Shown: positions 1 to 12,363 of the stretch, in pieces
How the letters are laid out: each line of letters opens with the position of its first letter
Numbering within the stretch: position 1 is the stretch's first letter
Assembly (NCBI RefSeq): GCF_006345805.1
Contig: NC_043001.1
Coordinates: 10,912,001-10,976,000 of the forward strand
Direction: 5' to 3'
Origin: Octopus sinensis
Lineage: Eukaryota
Length of the DNA: 64,000 nucleotides
The notes under the pieces: generated by a model
The model's database searches: none
What the model was told of the DNA's origin: nothing
The model's input: the letters and a program-made list of their open reading frames with translations, nothing else
Position numbers and translations under genes: made by a program

Positions 1-15
1 TATATATATATATTA

Positions 16-83
<68 letters not shown>

Positions 84-93
84 TATATGTATA

Positions 94-144
<51 letters not shown>

Positions 145-365
145 TATATATATATATATATATTATGTATAATATATATATATATATAGTATTATATATA
201 TATATATAGATATATATATGTATGTTATATATGTATATGTATTATATATGTATATATATGTATATATATATATATGTATATTATGTATATATATGTATAT
301 ATATATATATATGATATATATGTGTATATATATATATATATATACACGCACACACGCACACACAT
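1..365. repeat. (TA)n/(TATG)n microsatellite tract; representative of many similar tracts (e.g. 2380-2600, 5720-6345, 9340-9860, 25140-25465, 32620-33385, 35020-35390, 46180-46680, 51830-52160, 58080-58300)
   Basis: Direct di-/tetranucleotide periodicity; these tracts generate the YIYI/MYVC/HTHT ORFs in the ORF track. Confidence 0.99.
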
Positions 366-371
366 ATATAT

Positions 372-482
372 ATGGAGACGCAATGTACTCTTTCACCACA
401 ACTTTCTCTCACTCTTTTTCCTGTTTCTGTTGTACCTGTATTTCAAATGGCCAGCTTGTCACACTCTCTGTCACGCTGAATC
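372..482 (+). mobile_element. Internally deleted SINE family C fragment
   Basis: Head 'tggagacgcaatg' is fused directly to 'tactctttcaccacaactttctctcac...gtcacgctgaat', matching the full C copies at 11611, 54886 and 62443. Confidence 0.85.
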
Positions 483-625
483 TATTTTTATAAATCATAT
501 ATCATATAATAGCGCTTTCGTCCACTCTAGTGGAGTCTTCAATTTGAAGATTCCACGAGTCTTCAATTGAAGACTCACTGGAGTGGACGAAAGCGCTAGT
601 ATATGATATATGATTTATAAAAATA
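483..625. repeat. ~140-bp fold-back palindrome carrying two head-to-head hammerhead-like motifs
   Basis: Arms 'tatttttataaatcatatatcatata..tagcgctttcgtccactc' and 'gagtggacgaaagcgcta..tatatgatatatgatttataaaaata' are reverse complements. Each arm reads TTGAAGA-stem II-GAAA-GCGC-TA. Confidence 0.8.
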
Positions 626-694
626 TGTAGCATACTAATAAATATCTGTAAATATAAACCATCCAGATTTCTGAGTACCTCATTTCTCCTAATA

Positions 695-730
<36 letters not shown>

Positions 731-732
731 TA

Positions 733-1063
733 GAGCGGTCGGCAGCAAGTGTCTTATCCATCGGCACAGAGACTTGGGAGACACTTGCTGCCGACCGCTC
801 ATTCTGGTGCAGCGCAATCACCACAGGAGCAAAGACAGCCGAGGAGAGACGGATTCAGTCAGCAGAACAGAAACGCCAGATGCGGAAAGCCAGAGCCACC
901 TGCACCAATAGCACAGCCCCTACCCACTTCTGCCCCACCTGTGGGAGGGGCTTTCTTGCCCGGATTGGCTTCACCAGCCACCTCCGCTCTCATAGCAGCA
1001 ATTCCACCAAATGATGTCAATGGTCATCTTCGAACCCGAAGGACGAACATTATTATTATTATC
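733..1063 (+). mobile_element. 5'-truncated RTE-clade LINE 3' end (C-terminal zinc finger, 3'UTR, (ATT)n tail)
   Basis: Frame reads ETWETLAADRSFWCSAITTGAKTAEERRIQSAEQKRQMRKAR...HFCPTCGRGFLARIGFTSHLRSH, the typical RTE/BovB-like C-terminus. Stop at 1012-1014, then hairpin 'cttcgaacccgaag' and an attattatt tail. Confidence 0.9.
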
Positions 1064-2601
1064 ATGTATGTATGTATTATGTATGTATGTATGTATGATG
1101 TATGTATGTATGTATGTATGTATGAATGTATGTATCTATGTTTGTAGCTTTGTTTGCTGGCTAAAAAACCTTTCTCTCTGTGTCTAGTTGAAGAGGAAGG
1201 AATTTGGTGAACTCTCCTGAATTTACAAAGCGCTAGTCTCAACATATTGTAAATTTTCTTTACGTTCCTTTACATCCGGAATTCAAATCAGACTGCAGTG
1301 AAGACATTTCACAGATATATTTGAAACATGCTCCAATCGAACATCGAGATTGATTAATCGACCGTACATCCCAACTGAAATATGCTATTGTTAAAATCCT
1401 GTTGGAAGCGGAAAGCATCGATTATCGTCCCTGCACATATTTTCAGATGATATCTGTGGGTATGAAAGTGTTTCATGTGGAATAAAGCTGGGCAGGTAAC
1501 TCATTAAGAAACGAGCAAAGAAGAAGGGCGGGTCAGATGTGCTTAAATGTAGGTGAAACATGATCAATAAGTCAAGACATTTAAAATCTCAGTGAGTGTA
1601 GGAATGGGAGCACCCAGGTCCCCTATTTAGGGCATTAAGGTTGGAAGGAGAAAGCAAGGGTTAGTGTTTCCTCATGGTTTTTCTCATGCGATCTGGTTTT
1701 AATACTTGAAATAGACAAGATATGGCCAACATTATGGTAAAGCAAGTGAGGAATAAAAAAGGATAAGGCTCCTCCGACGAACCTCCATAGAGATTCTGTT
1801 GATCAATTCTCATTTAATAAGGTATTGACCAACTTGAGGCTGTTATTTGTCCAAAGTGCCGTGAATAGGATCGATCCCAGTACCACGTAGTTACGATGCT
1901 AACTTCTCAACGATACAGCCGTGTCTGCGACATTAATGGGTTATGTGTTTTTTTTTCCTATTACAATTGTGATTTGCAAGATTTGTACGAAATGTAGCCT
2001 GAAAAATCTTAATACCTTTCTAGATTAAAGTAAACACCGGTGAAAACATAAACACGTTTAAAAAAAAAATAGTTTCTGTAATTCAAGATTTCTATAGATG
2101 TGGATCAGTGGAGAGATTACAATGTCGACAGGCTACTAAAGTTAATGTTAGTCCTTTTCTTCAGAAGGGACGTACGGGAAATTGCACCGGAAGAATTAGG
2201 TTGAAACAAAGAGAAAAATTGTCGGAAGACAAGGCTTTGATAAAACCAGATAAATATATCAAATCCACGGTCGCTTTTAGAAACACTCTCAAATTGTGAG
2301 ACGTGGATGTCTGTTTAATCTTATTAAATAACATTCTATGGAGAGAAAGAAATCAATACGCAAGCACGCACTGCCTAGTACATACATACACACATACATA
2401 CATACATACATACACACATACATACATACATACACACATACATACATACATACATACATACATACATACATACATACATACATACATACATACATACATA
2501 CATACATACATACATACACACACGCACGCACGTACACACATATACATACAAACAGGCATAAAACATACACACACACACACACATACACATAAATATATAT
2601 A

Positions 2602-2845
2602 TAGGCGTAGTTGTGTGGTAAGAAGCTTGCTTCCCAACCACATGGTTCCGGGTTCAGTCCCACAGCGTGGCACCTTGGGCAAGTGTCTTCATCTATATCA
2701 TCTGTGCTTGTCCCCGCACCGTCGCTTGACAACCGATGTGGTGTGCTTACGTCCCTGTAACATTAGCGGTTCGGCAAAAGAGACCGATAGAATAAGTACT
2801 AAGCTTACAAAAAAGTCCTCGGCTCGATTTGTTCGACCAAAAGGT
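2602..2845 (+). mobile_element. SINE family B (tRNA-derived, CORE-like 'ccttgggcaagt' motif), internally deleted
   Basis: Box A-like 'gttgtgtggtaag', box B-like 'ggttcagtccc', and body matching about 20 other B copies in the window. Confidence 0.85.
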
Positions 2846-2874
2846 GATACTCCAGAATAAAAGAACATATATAC

Positions 2875-3060
2875 ACAAGACGGTCCTCTTTCACTTTCCG
2901 TCTACCAAATCCATTGACAAGGCTTTGGTCGGCCCAAGTAGTGGCCGTAGATTGAACTCAAAATACAAGGCTTTGGTCGGCCCAAGTAGCGGCTGTAGAC
3001 TGAACTCAAAATACTGTGTTTCGGAAGCAAATGTCTTACCACAAAGCCACGTCGGAGATT
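2875..3060 (-). mobile_element. Degenerate SINE B fragment with an internal ~48-bp tandem duplication
   Basis: 'acaaggctttggtcggcccaagtag..tgaactcaaaat' occurs twice (~2917-2964 and ~2965-3012). Confidence 0.7.
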
Positions 3061-3082
3061 GCTTATAACTAACAACATAATA

Positions 3083-3468
3083 TCTTTATATATAAAAGAG
3101 AGGTTGTGTGTCTGTCTCCTACGATTTAGATTCCTAACTACTCCCACATTTTGCGGTGCAGTTTAACCAAAACCGGGTATCTTATAGTCGTGATTCATAT
3201 CGAGCCCTTCTGGGTATTAGCGCGCGTCTACAATGAGTCTACGATTTTAAAAAAAATTTACCATCAATTTTTCACATTTTTAATGCATTTTTGGCATAGT
3301 AACTCTCTAAAAATTTATTATTAAATCTCAGAACGTAAAAAGCTACAGTAACACCCCTCCCCCTTTGTGGTTAGCCATATTGAGATGGCTATTATACTTT
3401 ACATCTCTAAAAATGCTTATATAGTTATTTCCCTTACAAACCCCAGCAACGCCGGGCGATACTGCTAG
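3083..3468 (+). mobile_element. Non-autonomous Helitron
   Basis: A|TC 5' end ('a-tctttatatataaaag'), subterminal hairpin 'cccagcaacgccggg', 3' CTAG|T, no TSD. A near-identical reverse copy lies at 55552-55948. Confidence 0.85.
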
Positions 3469-3934
3469 TATTATATACAATGCGCAATACACACATTTAT
3501 GTGACAGTGTATGTTTGTAATTGTAAAAACCGTAATATATTAAAATGTTTTACATGAAAATAAAAAAAAAGGAAAGAAAATCAAAACAGTTTTAGAATGT
3601 GCCTTTGAGCGCTTTTCTCTACAAATATATCGATCGAATTCAGCCTTGATCCGTATCTGGCCTTCTTTTACTGAATGTAAAAGAACCAACTAAGATTTCA
3701 GGTCGGATTATCTTGTAAAAACTCACCAAACAAATTTGACTTCGGTGATCTTTCCTGTTATTACAAACGATAATACAAGCAATAATAAAAAAAAACACAC
3801 AAACTGTATGTGGAAGAACCACAAAATATCGAAGATGGTGGAAGTATTGTCACCTTCTTGGAGTCATTGCATTTATTTCAGAATTTAATTCCAATATTAT
3901 AAGAAAGCGTGTGAGAATCTTGTTACCATAACAA

Positions 3935-4225
3935 CAGACACTCCGTCGGTTACGGAAACTAGTGTTGGTCTGATCAATGGACAGCTTGATTGTTAAATTA
4001 ACGTACAAGTGGCTGAGTATTCCACAGACTCGTGTACCCTTAACGTAGTTCTCAGGGAGATTCAGCACGATACTGAATGGGACAAGGCTGGACCTTTGAA
4101 TTATATGAATAACTCATTTTTGCCAGCTGAGTGGTCTAGAGCAACGGGAAATAAAGTGTCTTGCTCAGGGACGCAATGCGCCCCCTGGAATCGAACTCGC
4201 GAATGTGAGTCGAATACCGCAACCA
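3935..4225 (-). mobile_element. Chimeric SINE (D-type head/core + C-type tail)
   Basis: The minus strand reads a tRNA-like head, then 'cctgagcaagacactttatttc..cagctggcaaaaatgag' (D core), then 'ccttgtc..gagaactacgttaagggtacacg..ccgacggagtg' (C tail). Confidence 0.8.
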
Positions 4226-4251
4226 CTAAGTTACACACAACTATATTCTTC

Positions 4252-4440
4252 TATTCGTTTATTTGTTTCAGTCATTTGACTGCGGCCATGCTGGAGCACC
4301 GCCTTTAGTCGAGAAAATCGACCCCGGGACTTATTCTTGTTAAGCCTAGCACTTATTATATCGGTCTCTTTTCGGAACCGCTAAGTTACGGGGACGTAAA
4401 CACACCAGCATCGGTTGTCAAGCGACGTTGAGGGAGACAA

Positions 4441-4478
<38 letters not shown>

Positions 4479-4655
4479 TTATTTATTTATACGACGGGCT
4501 TCTTTCAGTTTCCTTCTACCAAATCCACTCACAAGGCATTGGTCGGCCCGAGGCTAAAGTAGAAGACACTTGCCCAAGGTGCCATGCAATGGGACTGAAC
4601 CCGGAACCATGTGGTTAGGAAGCAAGCTACTTACCACACAGACACTCCTGCGCCT
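4252..4655 (-). mobile_element. SINE family B, full length
   Basis: Runs from 'aggcgcaggagtgtctgtgtggtaagtagc' to 'ccagcatggccgcagtcaaatgactgaaacaaataaa'. Confidence 0.92.
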
Positions 4656-4852
4656 ATATGGAGATTTCAAAGAATTACCGAGGAAAAAATCTTTCCTAAC
4701 TTAAGCTAATACACACCCTAAGAGTTTCGACAAGACAAAGAAATTATCTGCTTTAAACACCGAAAGTGAGCAACAACATTAAATCTTAGTGCGCATGCAC
4801 AGTTGAGTTCACGGTTAACCTTTGCCAAGCCGCGTTACTCTGCGTGTTTTAG

Positions 4853-4929
4853 CTTCATTACTATGGCAACAGTCCGGATACTTATTGATCAGACCACATA
4901 CATCTAGATTGAATACTGTTGTACAACGG
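4853..4929 (+). CDS. Candidate exon of an unidentified gene (SLLWQQSGYLLIRPHTSRLNTVVQR)
   Basis: Acceptor 'gtgttttag', donor 'CGG|gtaaat', and only one frame open. No recognised homology, and its phase does not join the next candidate. Confidence 0.2.
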
Positions 4930-5030
4930 GTAAATGTTTTTGAAATTTGTGTTTTTTTTTGGTATGTTTGTTCCCAAACAACACTTCTTTTTGTGCTGTT
5001 AACACCGCCGGATTGAATGATTCTGCCTAG

Positions 5031-5493
5031 GTGTCGCAACTATAATGATATCCGTAAGGCAGCTGACGATGGGGGTATGTTGGATTGTTAGTATGGCTGT
5101 TTTTGTATATGTGGTATAGTGTTATAACACATCCTTTTGATATATATATATGTATATATATATATATGAAATTTTAAATTTAGTTCACGGACCCCTGTAC
5201 TACCTTTGCGGACCAGGAGAGATCCGCGGATCCAAGTTTGGGAACCGCTGATATATACGCTTCAAAACTGTAGTTTCAAAATGACCTTCCCGTTTTATTT
5301 AAAATATCATGAGGCGGAAGATCGCTTTTGATGAGACTGGTGCAAAAAGACACTCTCTCACATTAAAAAGTTATTCCCGATATCGCAAGAGACAGTAGAA
5401 ACTATGTGATAACACGTTTTGACTATAAATACCGCTCGTATGCAGATGTTGTCACTCTGAAAGAACACCTAGGAGATTCCTGTACAGCATGTG
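5031..5493 (+). CDS. Pair of phase-compatible candidate exons (5031-5074 and 5371-5493)
   Basis: 'cctag|G TGT CGC...GGG G|gtatgt' and 'aag|TT ATT CCC...TGT G|gtaata' join to give CRNYNDIRKAADDGVIPDIARDSRNYVITRFDYKYRSYADVVTLKEHLGDSCTAC. The second acceptor is weak and the peptide is unrecognised. Confidence 0.15.
5185..5250 (-). mobile_element. hAT-like MITE end fragment
   Basis: '..gtttgggaaccgctg' (reverse complement cagcggttcccaaac) resembles Charlie-type TIRs. The partner TIR was not found. Confidence 0.45.
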
Positions 5494-5755
5494 GTAATAA
5501 AATATCTCAATGTAAACACTCCAGATGAATAACAAAAACCAGAGGAAAACAATAATAGTTCGCGCTGCGAAATCAAGCATTTATATGCAATCATAAGTTG
5601 TAAGGTGAATAATAGCTCGTCCTAAGATTGAATACAATATTTATCCCTGCTACGACAAAACAATTTGGTGTGTTAAGCTTGTTTTCATAGCTCTTTATAT
5701 CTGTGGGTTCACAAACACACACACATACACATACATACATACATGCATACATACC

Positions 5756-5797
<42 letters not shown>

Positions 5798-5864
5798 ATG
5801 ATATATACTAACGAAAGTAGAGATGGTATGGATGTGCATGTATGTATGTCTACATGCATGTGTG

Positions 5865-5915
<51 letters not shown>

Positions 5916-6098
5916 TATAATATATTATATATGTGTGTGTACATAGACACATGGATAAACCATACAAACATACATATATACAGACATACATATATACATA
6001 AATACATACATGCATATATATATATATATATATATATGTACTCACGAAAGTAGAGATGGTATAGATGCGTATGTATGTATGTCTACATGTATGTGTGT

Positions 6099-6140
<42 letters not shown>

Positions 6141-6359
6141 ACATACACGCATGAATAAACACATGCAAACATACATACATACATACACACACACACATAC
6201 ATACATACATACATACAAACATACATTCATACACACATACATACATACATACATACATACATACAAATATACATTCATACAAACATACATACATACATAC
6301 ATACATACATACATACATACATACATACATACATACATACATACCTAGGAGTGAAAGAG

Positions 6360-7010
6360 AATGACTTTCTGTAGAATACCAACATCTTGTACACCTATCC
6401 GACTATTAGATCTATTCCCTGTCATTGCAAAATTCTCAAAGACCAAAATTCCCAAAGAACAATCCCCATACTTTGAAACGAAAGCAGAACCACTGTTTAG
6501 AATGCTATAAACCTTACAATCCTAGTCTTCTGCGATACTTTTTACTTCAGCTCTAAATCCATTGTCATCTTTAAAGCAAATTCCAATGGTTATGTGTTAG
6601 TGTCTAGAAAAGCATGATACACTAATGTAACGCATATTTCCTTAACGAGTGACCTAAGCATCTATAATGCAAACATTTAAAATGCTGAGAAACATTTATA
6701 ATGCTGAGAAGCTTCTGATAAAAGGATGTAATATTACCCAAAGAAATGTTTATATTTGCTGGTTTAACGTTGGAAAATTGCTTGTCAAACCAAAGACTAT
6801 TTATATGAATGGTCTCCTCATCTCTTCTGTTCTACACAATGAGCGCTACAAATATCTAGATATTGGCGAAATAATTCGTTTAAAGGGTGCTGTGAGCAAT
6901 GATTGAAAAGCCAAAGTCTATTACACTAGACTTGAAAAAATATGGCCATCCAGCTTTTCTTAATAGAAAACAACTTTCGAGGTACCAACATTCAAGATAT
7001 TTGTAGGAAT
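6360..7010 (+). pseudogene. Decayed R4/Dong-type non-LTR reverse transcriptase fragment
   Basis: Frameshifted motifs LFTSALNPLSS (RT4), THISLTSDLSIY (YADD-like box) and MNGLLISSVLHNERYKYLDIGEII..KVYYTRLEKIWPSSFS resemble the R4/Dong RT and thumb region. Confidence 0.6.
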
Positions 7011-7178
7011 AACAACGTTAGTGCATTGTTTTTTTTAAAGTTTAATCTCTTACATATTAGCAAAAAAAAAAAGACACACCTCTTCCTATCTTCTTGGTAT
7101 AAAAATGCCTAAGAATTTCACAGAATGTTGTTTGTGGATACAAATCCAAAATAGTATAAAAATATAATAGAGATCTCA

Positions 7179-7408
7179 GGCGGTGAGCTGGCAGAAACAT
7201 TAGCACGTCGGGCGAAATGTGTAGCCGTATTTCGTCTGCCGTTACGTTCTGAGTTCAAATTCCGCCGAGGTCGACATTGCCTTTTATCCTTTCGGGGTCG
7301 ATAAACTAAGTACCAGTTACGCACTGGGGTCGATGTAATCGACTTAATCCGTTTGTCTGTCCTTGTTTGTCCCCTCTATGTTTAGCCCCTTGTGGGCAGT
7401 AAAGAAAT
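7179..7408 (+). mobile_element. SINE family A1 with 17-bp TSD
   Basis: tRNA-like head 'ggcggtgagctggcagaaacattagc..gagttcaaattcc'. TSD 'atataatagagatctca' at 7162-7178 and 7409-7425. Confidence 0.95.
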
Positions 7409-7486
7409 ATATAATAGAGATCTCAATTTACAAAAGGCAAGTATATATATATATATATATATATATCTATATATATATATATATAT

Positions 7487-7637
7487 ATTCAGATGAATAT
7501 GGTACTTAAGTTGAGGTACCAGAATTTAGTATGCTATTATCGATACAATTTCAAAATAAGGTGATTAAAATTGATATATTGATTGCATTGTTCAATTAAA
7601 TGGAGTTGCTTGAAACGATCGTACGGCATTACCTCTG

Positions 7638-7641
<4 letters not shown>
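7487..7641. mobile_element. Rearranged fragment of the hammerhead-bearing element at 42596-43027
   Basis: Shares 'ttcagatgaatatggtact..aaataaggtgatta' and 'gcattgttcaattaaatggagt..gaaacgatcgtac' with that locus; flanked by (TA)n. Confidence 0.75.
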
Positions 7642-7668
<27 letters not shown>

Positions 7669-7679
7669 AAAAGAGTGAA

Positions 7680-7812
7680 ATATATTAATTTAATAAAATT
7701 AATAAATTTCACCTAGTAGATTTTTCGGTATGGAAAAGACCATATTTGATAAGAATTATATTAATTATAATAAAGGGTTAATTGTAACAAGTTGCTCAAA
7801 ACCACATACCGA
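7680..7812. mobile_element. Fragment of the fold-back family at 49527-49970
   Basis: 'aaatttcacctagtag..cggtatggaaaagacc' and 'caagttgct..accacataccgaaa' match 49550-49950. Confidence 0.75.
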
Positions 7813-7829
7813 AAATATTAGAAATTCTG

Positions 7830-7864
<35 letters not shown>

Positions 7865-9490
7865 CATACGAGGTAATATCAGGGTAGAAGTTAACCTTAA
7901 CAAGAAAAACTGAAGAGAGACTACTATTCATGTCATCATCATCATCATCATCGTGGGGTTCTTCTTCATTATTTTTGTCATTAGTACTATCTATGTTATT
8001 TTTTCTCAAATGACCGTGTTTTAATATTGTGCGTTTATTTCTGTGCTGTAGAGTTATTTCTTATGAATCGATCGCAGTTTTGTCTAAATTCACTTCTATT
8101 CCTTCTAATTTGGAAACTGTTTCTACTAGAGACCAGATTCCTGCTTGTTGATTTATTCCAATAGCTAAAATGATGGACGTCTCTGAAAGCTTCTGGTTCT
8201 GCTACTGTGAAAGGTTCTGTCTGACGTTAACCTATTTTGATTGTATCGGTGATAATTGGGGCCTCGCGCTTGTTTGTTCAGCTCCTTCAGCATCGCTTTT
8301 TATGTTGTTTTTCTGTAAAAAAACACAAAAAAAAATAAACAAACAAACAAATAAACAAATAAATAAAGGCTTTCTGAGAAGCACATTCTCTTTGAAATTG
8401 CACCTCGTAGCAAAAAATGAATTCTTTTCTTTTTCCACATTTGCAATGATATCAGGTTTTTGTTTTTGCATTCTTGCTTGCCACCATATCGAGTAATTTT
8501 TTCGTAATTTTCCATCAGTTTTTTTTCTAATTTTCACTTTTTATTTCCTAGTCATTGCTGTCTTTGTATTTCCATTCGTTTACCTCTGCTCTCGGTTCCA
8601 ACAATTCAATTTTGCTTTGCATTTCATCAAGAGACAAATTTTTCTTGTAGTCTTTTCTGTTCTTCTCATTCTTCATTTATCAGTTTCTGTTGTAATTTTC
8701 TTGGCAATATCAGTGGAATTGAAGCTATTCAACCTCCATAAACTTCCACTTTATTTTTATTTCTCAGCATGCTTCAAATCCTATCCGGTATTTTATAAGA
8801 AAAGAAGCTCTGGGAATATTTTCAGATGATTGTGTAAGTAGCAACTTACTTGTCTAAATAATTGTTTCAACGTTTTTGCATAATACCTTCATGTTATTAC
8901 AGACCCGATCTTCTATCTCTTCCTGCTAGATAGTCCCTTGAAATTCCAGGAAATTCCTCCACCATTTCAGTTATAACGGATAATTTCACAGTAATTTATT
9001 TCAGTTCTTTAAGGAATTCTTCACTTATTTCTTTCTCCAACTTATTTACTTCACATGGGATTTTGTGAGATTTGCATCACACGTTTTGTAAAAGTCGTTT
9101 ACATAAACACAAAATTCACATTATTTAAAGAAAATAAAAGCTGAAAAAACAACTAAATACTTTTACATAATTTTACAGAATAGAATACTAAACAAAAATA
9201 TTTGAAGATCTTTCCTTCCGAAATACCATCTTTAATTTCCGGCGTGTTTGATTTTTGACTTCATGAAACTTTCAATCTTTTAAAGAATATATCTATTTGT
9301 TTGGGTGATAAAGTTTCTTTTTGCGATTGCATTTCCCAATGATTCGGTACACACACATACGCACACACACATACGTACACACATAAACCTCACATATATC
9401 TACAGGCACACACACACACACACACAAATATAAGCATATACACATTTATACAAGTATATTAAAGATGTGTATATATGTGTTATATATATT

Positions 9491-9549
<59 letters not shown>

Positions 9550-9664
9550 CATGGCATACATATATGCATACATACACACACATAATATATACATAAAATT
9601 TACAAATATACATACAACATACATATATATATATGTATATATATTTATATATATATTTATATAT

Positions 9665-9700
<36 letters not shown>

Positions 9701-10069
9701 CATATATATACGTATATACATATATATAAATATCTATCTCTGCATGTATGTGTATATATATATATCTATATATATATATATATATATATGCATAGACACA
9801 CATACACACACACAAACACTCACACGCATATATACACATGCACAAGAAAGTATATATATTTTTTACATGATTAGAAGTATAAAGGAAATTCGCAATGCAC
9901 TTGGAGAATTTCAAGATTATTTACGTTAAATAATTTTAAAATTCCATGGCTTTACAAAGGTAGTGTGAGATGGAGGCACTTTGAGACACACCGTAACTGT
10001 CTTGGCTGTGGAGTTTGAAATTTAACTCTTTTTGACAGAGCTATTCTATTTGCCATTCTATATGTTATC

Positions 10070-10408
10070 GATGACGAGGGTTCCCGTTGATCCGATCAAC
10101 AGAACAGCCTGCTCGTGAAATTAACGTGTAAGTGGCTGAGCACTTCACAGACACGTGTGCCCTTAGCGTAATTCGCGGGGAGATTCAGCGTGACACAGAG
10201 AGTGACAAGGCCGGCCCTTTGAAATACAGGTACAACAGAAACAGGGAGAAAGAGTGAGAGAAAGTTGTGGTGAAAGAATATAGCAGGGATCACCACCATC
10301 CGCTGCCGGAGCCTCGTGGAGCTTTAGATGTTTTTACTCAATAAATACTCACAACGCCCAGTCTGGGAATTGAAAATCGATCCTACGACCGCGGGTCCGC
10401 TACACTAA
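10070..10408 (-). mobile_element. SINE family C
   Basis: Reverse complement of the C consensus (gcgcaatggccc..ttagtgtagcggacccgcggtcgtagga..). Confidence 0.9.
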
Positions 10409-10449
10409 CCTATGGGCCATTGCGCTTAATCATATTGATATATGTTGGT

Positions 10450-10755
10450 TACGACGGCGAGACTCCCAGCTGATCCGATCAACGGAACAGTCTACTCGTG
10501 AAATTAACGTGCAAGTGGCTGAGCACTCCTCAGAGACGTGTACCCTTAACGTAGTTCTCGGGGAGATTCAACGTGACACAGAGTGTGACAAGGCTGGCCC
10601 TTTGAAATACAGTTACTACTCATTTTTGCCAGCTGAGTGAACTGGAGTAACGTGAAATAAAGTGTCTCGCTCAAGGACACAATGCGTCGCCGGGAATTGA
10701 ACTCAAGACCTTACAGTCGCGAGCGGAATGCTCTAACCATTGAACCGCCTTCCTT
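10450..10755 (-). mobile_element. Chimeric SINE (D head/core + C tail)
   Basis: Same modular structure as 3935-4225. Confidence 0.85.
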
Positions 10756-11610
10756 CACTTTATAATATAGTATAACCAGATAGAGATGGTGACGAGTCCA
10801 CACAGAATCTGATTAGTTTTTGTGACCAATGCTTTTTACGTTACGTGACAAGGTGGACGATTATTATAAGATACGTCAAATACGTGTTAATCCAGTGAAA
10901 GTGTCACGTGACAGTATGGAATAGCTGAAACAGAAAAATAAGTTGCTTGCAGACAACTGATCTGAGAATATGCATCTGTATATTTATGCGATGATGCTTT
11001 TCTATGTGTTTGTTTGTGGGTGTGTGATCAACAACTGTGTAATATCTTGAGGATTTAAGGCCACTGTTATTAACCACTGTAAGTTTTCGATGTGTTGTTG
11101 CGGCTTATTCAGTCGTGGTTCGTACTTTTAATGAATATATTTGCATTATTTATGTTATTTGTCCGGCTTCCATTCATTGTTTTGTTAGAACGAAGTAGAA
11201 AAGCTAGAAATGCGATAATTTCTTAGTTGCATAATTTGTTTGTCTAACTATTCAATTAGTAAAACCTGTCTAATACTAAGATCTCGTATTTGTTGACGAT
11301 ACTTTGTCAATCTATTCTCAAGGTAAGTTTCTTTTTTCTTAAGGATGTGTTGATGATGATTCGCTAATCTATTTCTTAAGTTTCTTTTTTCCTAACGATT
11401 CTTCATAAAAATCCTTGACATTTAAGAGAATAAAGTTTTTAACGAACAGTTAAAGTTATTTTCTACAGCAAAAAAAACGACGCGTCTTTAATAAGCTGGT
11501 TCTGAAGTGAGGGCAGCCACACTCTTGACTATTGATGTTTTAGTGGGCAATTTGACATTGGTAATTTTCCTAGGAATTGTGGTTGTCTTTTGTTTTCTTT
11601 ATTTTATATA

Positions 11611-12000
11611 GTGGAGGCGCAATGGCCCAGTGGTTAGGGCAGCGGATCCGCGGTCGTAGGATCGCGGTTTCGATTCCCAGACCGGGCGTTGTGAGTGTTT
11701 GTTTATTGAGCGAAAACACTTAAAGCTCCACGAGGCTCCGGCAGGGATGGTGGTGATCCCTGCTGTACTCTTTCACCACAACTTTCTCTCACTCTTACTT
11801 CCTGTTTCTGTTGTACCTGTATTTCAAAGGGCCGGCCTTGTCACTCTCTGTGTCTCGCTGAATATCCCCGAGAACTACGTTAAGGGTACACGTGTCTGTG
11901 GAGTGCTCAGCCACTTACACGTTAATTTCACGAGCAGGCTGTTCCGTTGATTCGGATCAACCGGAACCCTCGTCGTCGTAACCGACGGAGTGCTTCCACA
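11611..12000 (+). mobile_element. SINE family C, full length (~390 bp, tRNA-derived)
   Basis: 'gtggaggcgcaatggcccagtggttagggcagcgg..ggtttcgattccc' (Pol III A/B boxes) through 'cgtcgtcgtaaccgacggagtgcttcca'. Confidence 0.95.
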
Positions 12001-12363
12001 TTATTTTGTGTATTTCAAGTGCCTTTCGTATTCTTTGTTCTTTCCCCAATAATGAATTATTTTAATGAATATTGTTGCATGTCATTTTATTACTTAGATT
12101 GTGTTTTGTAATGTTAGGAAGTGTAGCGGATGTTTCTGAAGTATATTTGTTCTTCGTAATTCTTAAATGACTATTGATTTATCACATTCTGTTCTGTTGT
12201 CAATTAACATTGTTTGCTACAGTCTTTCAACTATGTTTGCTTTTCGTTTTTGCAGTTTTATTCCGAGTTTATTCTAAGTTACAAAAACTAATTGCGCATG
12301 TTCTTCGTGCAAGGTCAAACGGTGTATTTGCTTTTGTAAGATTTAACTTGAAGGAAGTAAATA

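Noticed and set aside
11611-11690. tRNA-like sequences at SINE heads
   Set aside because: No complete acceptor stem, and each runs into a multicopy SINE body, so they are not functional tRNA genes.
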